DNA from: Macrostomum hystrix
Taxonomy: Eukaryota; Animalia; Platyhelminthes
Direction of reading: 5' to 3'
NCBI GenBank assembly: GCA_950097015.1
Contig: CATNEN010000001.1
Coordinates: forward strand, 6,076,001-6,140,000
DNA: 64,000 nucleotides
Shown here: piece after piece, positions 59,437-64,000 of the stretch
How the letters are laid out: every line of letters starts with the position of its first letter
How positions within the stretch are numbered: the stretch's first letter is position 1
Notes under the pieces: model-generated
What the model saw: the letters and a program-made list of their open reading frames with translations, nothing else
The model's database searches: none
What the model was told of the DNA's origin: nothing
Position numbers and translations under genes: made by a program

Positions 59437-60749
59437 TTAGAAGTTGAACGTGCACCCATCGAAGAGGCAGTTGGCAAACATCAGCTGTTGCACACTTCGC
59501 ATGTCAACTTGAGCTTGCTGCATGACTGTTGCACTAGTGGTTGCACTCGTAGTCGCCTCGGTTGGTGGGGCCAAATTGTCACTAACAGCGGTAGCAACCT
59601 TCCTGAGGGTTCTGTCACGCTTGCGTGCGAGATAACGTCGAACAGTGGACTCCATAGGCATTCCTTTGTCGAAAAGATCTGCAATACGCGTGACGCGGAG
59701 GCAGTGATTCGTGTACTGCTTGGAGAGGTTGCACACACTACTAACGTGCTTCATGAATGCAGCCAACCAATTGACACTGCGCACTTGCGTAGCAGAGAAG
59801 CGAATTTGTCCTCCCGAATTGTTAGTCAGAGGGCGCGGAAAGAACGAGGACGAATTCTGCGGTAACAAACTCTGATAATGCAGGATCAACTCCCGCTGAG
59901 CGCCGTAGATCCGACTGTTTGCTCTGATTTCCCTTGCATTTTGTTGGATCGCTACTCTGGTTTTTTGTCTTTAACGGCGGCAACGCAAGATATGGATTCT
60001 CATCAGCGTCGACTTCTTCTTGGGGCGTGCCAACTTGCTTTAGACTTGACAGGTGTTCTTGAGCTCTCTCGCCCAGGACATACAGCAGCGTAAATAGTAC
60101 TCCATCTTGCAACCGTTCAGCTGTAGAACGGTCAAAATAAGCACGCATTTTCTGTAAATCACCTTCTTCTATTGGCTCGTGCTGATTGACAGTGCCTCCA
60201 TCAGCATGAAAATGCCGCACCTTTACTCGCAGCATCCGGTTGGCAGTGGCGAACTCGTCACTAGAAATAATATTTGCTCGACGCTTCAGCACGAGAGTCA
60301 AGTACCTCTGCACTCCAGCACGAATGCAGACCAACGTAGCTGGCGAATAGCAACTGCCATCAGATTTTTTTAGACAAGTAAAAGAACCTTAGAAATTCGG
60401 CCAAGCGACTGTCACTGATCACGCTCACATCCACAGCACCATGCTTCTTCAAAAACTCCACGAAAATTTTGCCATACAGAATCATGTGTTCTCGTGTAGT
60501 GCTCGGCAGTGATTCCAGTTCGACAACATCCATCGCACTGGGTAAATCAGATAGTTCTGGAAGCTCGATACTAGAAACCGCAGCGGCCTCATCAGCCGTC
60601 TCGATTTTAGACAGGTAGTCGATAAAATCTCCAAGAATTTTATCGGAACTGTGGTTCACGGCGCTCAGTTCACTCAGAAAATCTAGTTCAGTAGACGAGA
60701 CGCCATCTAAACTGTCGACCGGTAGATTTTTCCAGTTGATAAGAGGCAT
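59437..60749 (-). pseudogene. Crypton-type tyrosine recombinase (DUF3504-like), degraded
   Basis: LAEFLRFFY; IRAGVQRYL; F..AN..L; PIEEGDLQK; LQ..V.F.L.Y..G.R..E; YTNHCLRVT...LFDKG...S.VRRY (H-x-L-R and catalytic Tyr), spread over three broken ORFs. Confidence 0.8.
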
Positions 60750-61034
60750 TTTTAATTCGATTTCTCTCGCTTCTTGCTTCTAGTTCTTAACTTCCTAACA
60801 GACTTCATGGTCGAGCTTTTCTTTTAGAGAACTGTATTCTAAAAAATGTCTATGATCCGATTAGTCGGGGCTCTGCCCCCACACCCATGCAAGGGAGCTG
60901 CGCTCCTTTGACCCTGCTCACTGCCGAGCCAATATCTATGGCACGAAGACACTGCAGCGTTACTTAATGGCGTGGCTTAATGGCGTTACATAATGATCAA
61001 CCGAAAACGCTAGTCTATTTGATAATGCGCTTAT

Positions 61035-61117
61035 GTCTATGGTTTCAGAATTAAATAATGATCAGTGGCTTCGCCACTCGTGGCTGTGATCATTATCCAA
61101 GTCTGAAACCATAGACT
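61035..61117. other. Long imperfect palindrome/hairpin
   Basis: GTCTATGGTTTCAGA...ATAATGATCA...TGATCATTAT...TCTGAAACCATAGAC. Confidence 0.8.
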
Positions 61118-61132
61118 TAATCTACCATTATA

Positions 61133-62655
61133 CTTTTTTGCGATTGAATTCGTCTAAACTGCAAAACCTTTCGTCCACAAATGCTTTCTTAATGGGAGCT
61201 AAATTTAGATCATACCATTGACAACTGTGTTCACGCAAAACGGTTCATCCAGTTTGTAAAACATTTCGTCCCTTAGACTAGAGACCGAGTGTACTGTTCC
61301 TACCATAGTTAACACGCAATTGACAGTTCGCTTTTGCTATCACTACAGCTACAGCAACGTATATCTTCCATTCTGAACCCGGCAAAACAGTCGAAGATGA
61401 ACCGAGGCCCCTACCATCCAGTGTAACACGAAGACCACAGGCGATTAGCCTTGGCTGTTGAAGAAGGCCGCGACTGGAAACAACTGGCCGATATCCTTGG
61501 GATCAAGAGAAAGACAGCCAAAACGATTGTCGAACACCTACGTTCAAACCGGGCGCATTGAGAAGCTTCCATCAGCAGGTGGCCGTCCGAAGCAACTGCA
61601 AGAGCAGCAGATTGAGTCAACCATACATCGAGTTCCTCGAGGCAAACCCGTCCGCGACATTACAAATGATGCGGAACCATCTGATGCAACTTGGCAATGA
61701 AGGTCAACTTCCTCATGTCTCAACTATAAGTCGAGCACTTGACAAACAGCTGGTGACTTTGAAGCTGGCTAGGCAGATTACGTTTGATTGGAACGACTCA
61801 GTTGTGAAGGCGGTGAGATGTGAGTACGCACAGTGGATGATGAACGAAGGACACGACAGGAACCAGATTTTTCTCGATAAGTTCGGGCTGAACCTGTGGA
61901 CGGCGAGAACGGTATGTGGCCAGCGCGGACAAACCTGACTCTCTGCTTGGCCATATCTCCGCAATGGGGACTTGTTCACTATGCGCTGGTGGAAGGAGGT
62001 TTTCGAGCTCTAAATTTTGCAGACTTCTTAGTAGAGCTGGATGTCCTGGTGGAGGCTGAGTGGGTGGCGATCTTTGATGGGGCCCGCGCTCACCTTCAAG
62101 TCCCTGGACTTTCACCGCAACACAGCACCTATCAATTGCCACCGTACTCTCCGTATCTCAACCCAACTGAGCGCGCAGGGTCTTCCCTGAAGGCATCAGT
62201 GAAGAGGGCAATGTCAGTTCCCGCTATTCAGCACGAGCTCTCTAATCGGCAAGCTGCTGCTGCTGCGAACCTGACTCTGCATGCCTGGCGGATGCACATT
62301 TTGAAGAGAGGTCGAAGCTGCACTGCATGTGATTACACAGGAGAAGTGCCAGCAATGGACCAATCACACTGTGGGTTACTACGGCCGCTGTTTGGACTAC
62401 GAAGACATTTTGAACTAACATTCTAACAAGAGACACTGTTTTTGCTTTGTTCGATATCTCGTGATATCAAATAAAGTCGCTCCGTTTAACTGTTAGCTGT
62501 TTGGACGAAGGGTTTAGACGAAATGTTTTACAAACTGGATGAACCATTTTGCGTGAACACAGTTGTCTATGGTATAATCTAAATTTAGCTCCCATTAAGA
62601 AAGCGTTAGTCGACGAAAGGTTTTGCAGTTTGGCCGAATTCAATCGCAAAAAAAG
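61133..62655 (+). mobile_element. Tc1/IS630-like DNA transposon with ~140-bp TIRs and TA TSD; transposase degraded
   Basis: Inverted repeats at 61133-61270 and 62517-62655, flanked by TA. Motifs GGRP, HVSTISR, IFLD, IFDGARAH and LPPYSPYLNPTE, with a stop and frameshifts. Confidence 0.9.
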
Positions 62656-62714
62656 TATATTATTGTCAAGAATGATATAGTCATTGCACAAGCATGCGTC
62701 GTCACGACGATCAC

Positions 62715-62990
62715 CTAGGTGAAAGTATTCCTCACAATGTTGTTCTCGCCGTTGGCCTCGATCATCATGCGCTTAGAAGCCAGCGGTTGGCAGGCTTCGA
62801 CAGTAAGTTCCGTCTCGGACTCGGAAACAGTGGAAACGGAGAGACTGAATGCCTGCCAGTCCTTGAAAATAGACAACATCCACTCGCACTTCTTAATGGT
62901 GTTCGCAGGTACCGTGCCAGATATCAATGCCTCAGCCTCAGTTAAGATCGAGAGCTATAGCTATAGCTCAGCAAGTATAGCTTTTGCCAT
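62715..62990 (-). pseudogene. N-terminal fragment of a second Crypton-like recombinase
   Basis: VPANTIKKCEWMLSIFKDW resembles the P-x-N-T...W...F..W start of Crypton/DUF3504 proteins. Confidence 0.5.
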
Positions 62991-64000
62991 TCAATCTCAG
63001 TGTTTTGTCATTCATACTCAGCCCCCATAGAATTAATCCAACCAGCTGGCGCCGTTTGGCCCATAGACTATCGCTCTGTGCCATTCAATCTCGGGTTTTG
63101 TCTCGAGCTTTGAGCCTTCCACCCTAGGGAGCCGAAATAAATGGGATATATGACACATTTATACCGAGTATTCCATGTATTTTCCAATTCTATTCTAATT
63201 AGGCGTTGTAAGTAGAGTGAGTAAATTAATTTTAAAAAAAACTGCGACGCATTATTCAGAAATTATTGCCAAAGATCATGCGATCTTCTTAAAACTGAAA
63301 GGCTAAATTCACTTTAACAGGTAGCAAAGTGTGTGTGTGTGTGCGTGTGGTGTGTGGAAAAACTTATTTCTTACAAAGCAAAGAAATCATAAAACAAACG
63401 AACTACACGATAATCACACAATGCAGCAATAGCACCACGAGTGAAAGTACAGAAATAATGTAAAATAGCGCAAATAACCAATACGCAATATACTGTTCAC
63501 GGAAAATACACAAGTAAAAAAGTTTGACACAAATAAAACTTAAAAGAGTGATAACTTAGCAACCGTTTTTGCATGGCTACATTCAACAAGAATACAATTC
63601 GTCATCCAATCAAAATTCTATTGCCTTTCGTCGAAGCCGAACAGAATTTCTGTCCTCAGCTTCCAGCATCATCTGCATCACAATGTCCAGTCTCTGCGTG
63701 AGCACAGTTGAGAACTGTTCCATACTACTCACAGCCTTAGACATTGTTAGACTATTTCCAAACGGATTATGCCTGGACTGCGCATTGCAGTTGAAGCAGT
63801 GACTACTGGAACTGTCTGACTCTGTCTCCATGGGATTGGCGTTATCAGCAGTTGCTGTGATTTGTTGCAGCTCAGCGCGCATCGACTCGGCCCGAGTGGA
63901 GACGCACTCGGGAGACGCGGCGATTAGAGTTCGAATCCACAGGGCGGCATCTTCGGCCGAGGACGCCGCGAACCGATGCCCATTACGTGCAGCCCCATGG

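Noticed and set aside
63610-63882. 90-aa minus-strand ORF at the window edge
   Set aside because: It may be the end of a gene or transposon ORF extending beyond the window, but it has no recognisable motif.

Overview
Repeat-rich eukaryotic (metazoan, probably invertebrate) genomic DNA. Short GT-AG introns, many minisatellites and polyQ exons resemble a flatworm such as Macrostomum, but that is only an inference. The main feature is an apparently intact, very recent Ty3/Gypsy-type LTR element on the minus strand (17187-29089). It has 876-bp LTRs with non-canonical TATA...TATA ends, an AAAAG target-site duplication, a tRNA-Glu PBS and a PPT. Its single 2456-aa ORF has the order Gag - signal peptide - herpes-gB-like (class III) envelope glycoprotein - TM - protease - RT - RNase H - integrase, so env sits in frame between gag and pol. 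An unknown extra ORF occupies the usual env position. Next to it lie a degraded Polinton/adintovirus-like capsid module (penton and major capsid, split by a Loa-type LINE with a 12-bp TSD) and an intronless Regnase/NYN RNase gene. Other mobile DNA: P/THAP9-like, piggyBac, hAT, Crypton (two pieces), Tc1/IS630-like, an RTE fragment and SINEs. Host genes: a multi-exon Sushi/CCP protein, a Ly6/three-finger GPI protein, a divergent ionotropic glutamate receptor fragment, a low-complexity protein and an ARHGAP18/28-like RhoGAP. Large satellites occupy 1-7870 (21 bp), 39156-44172 (26 bp), 46008-47695 (21 bp) and 49588-50700 (19 bp).
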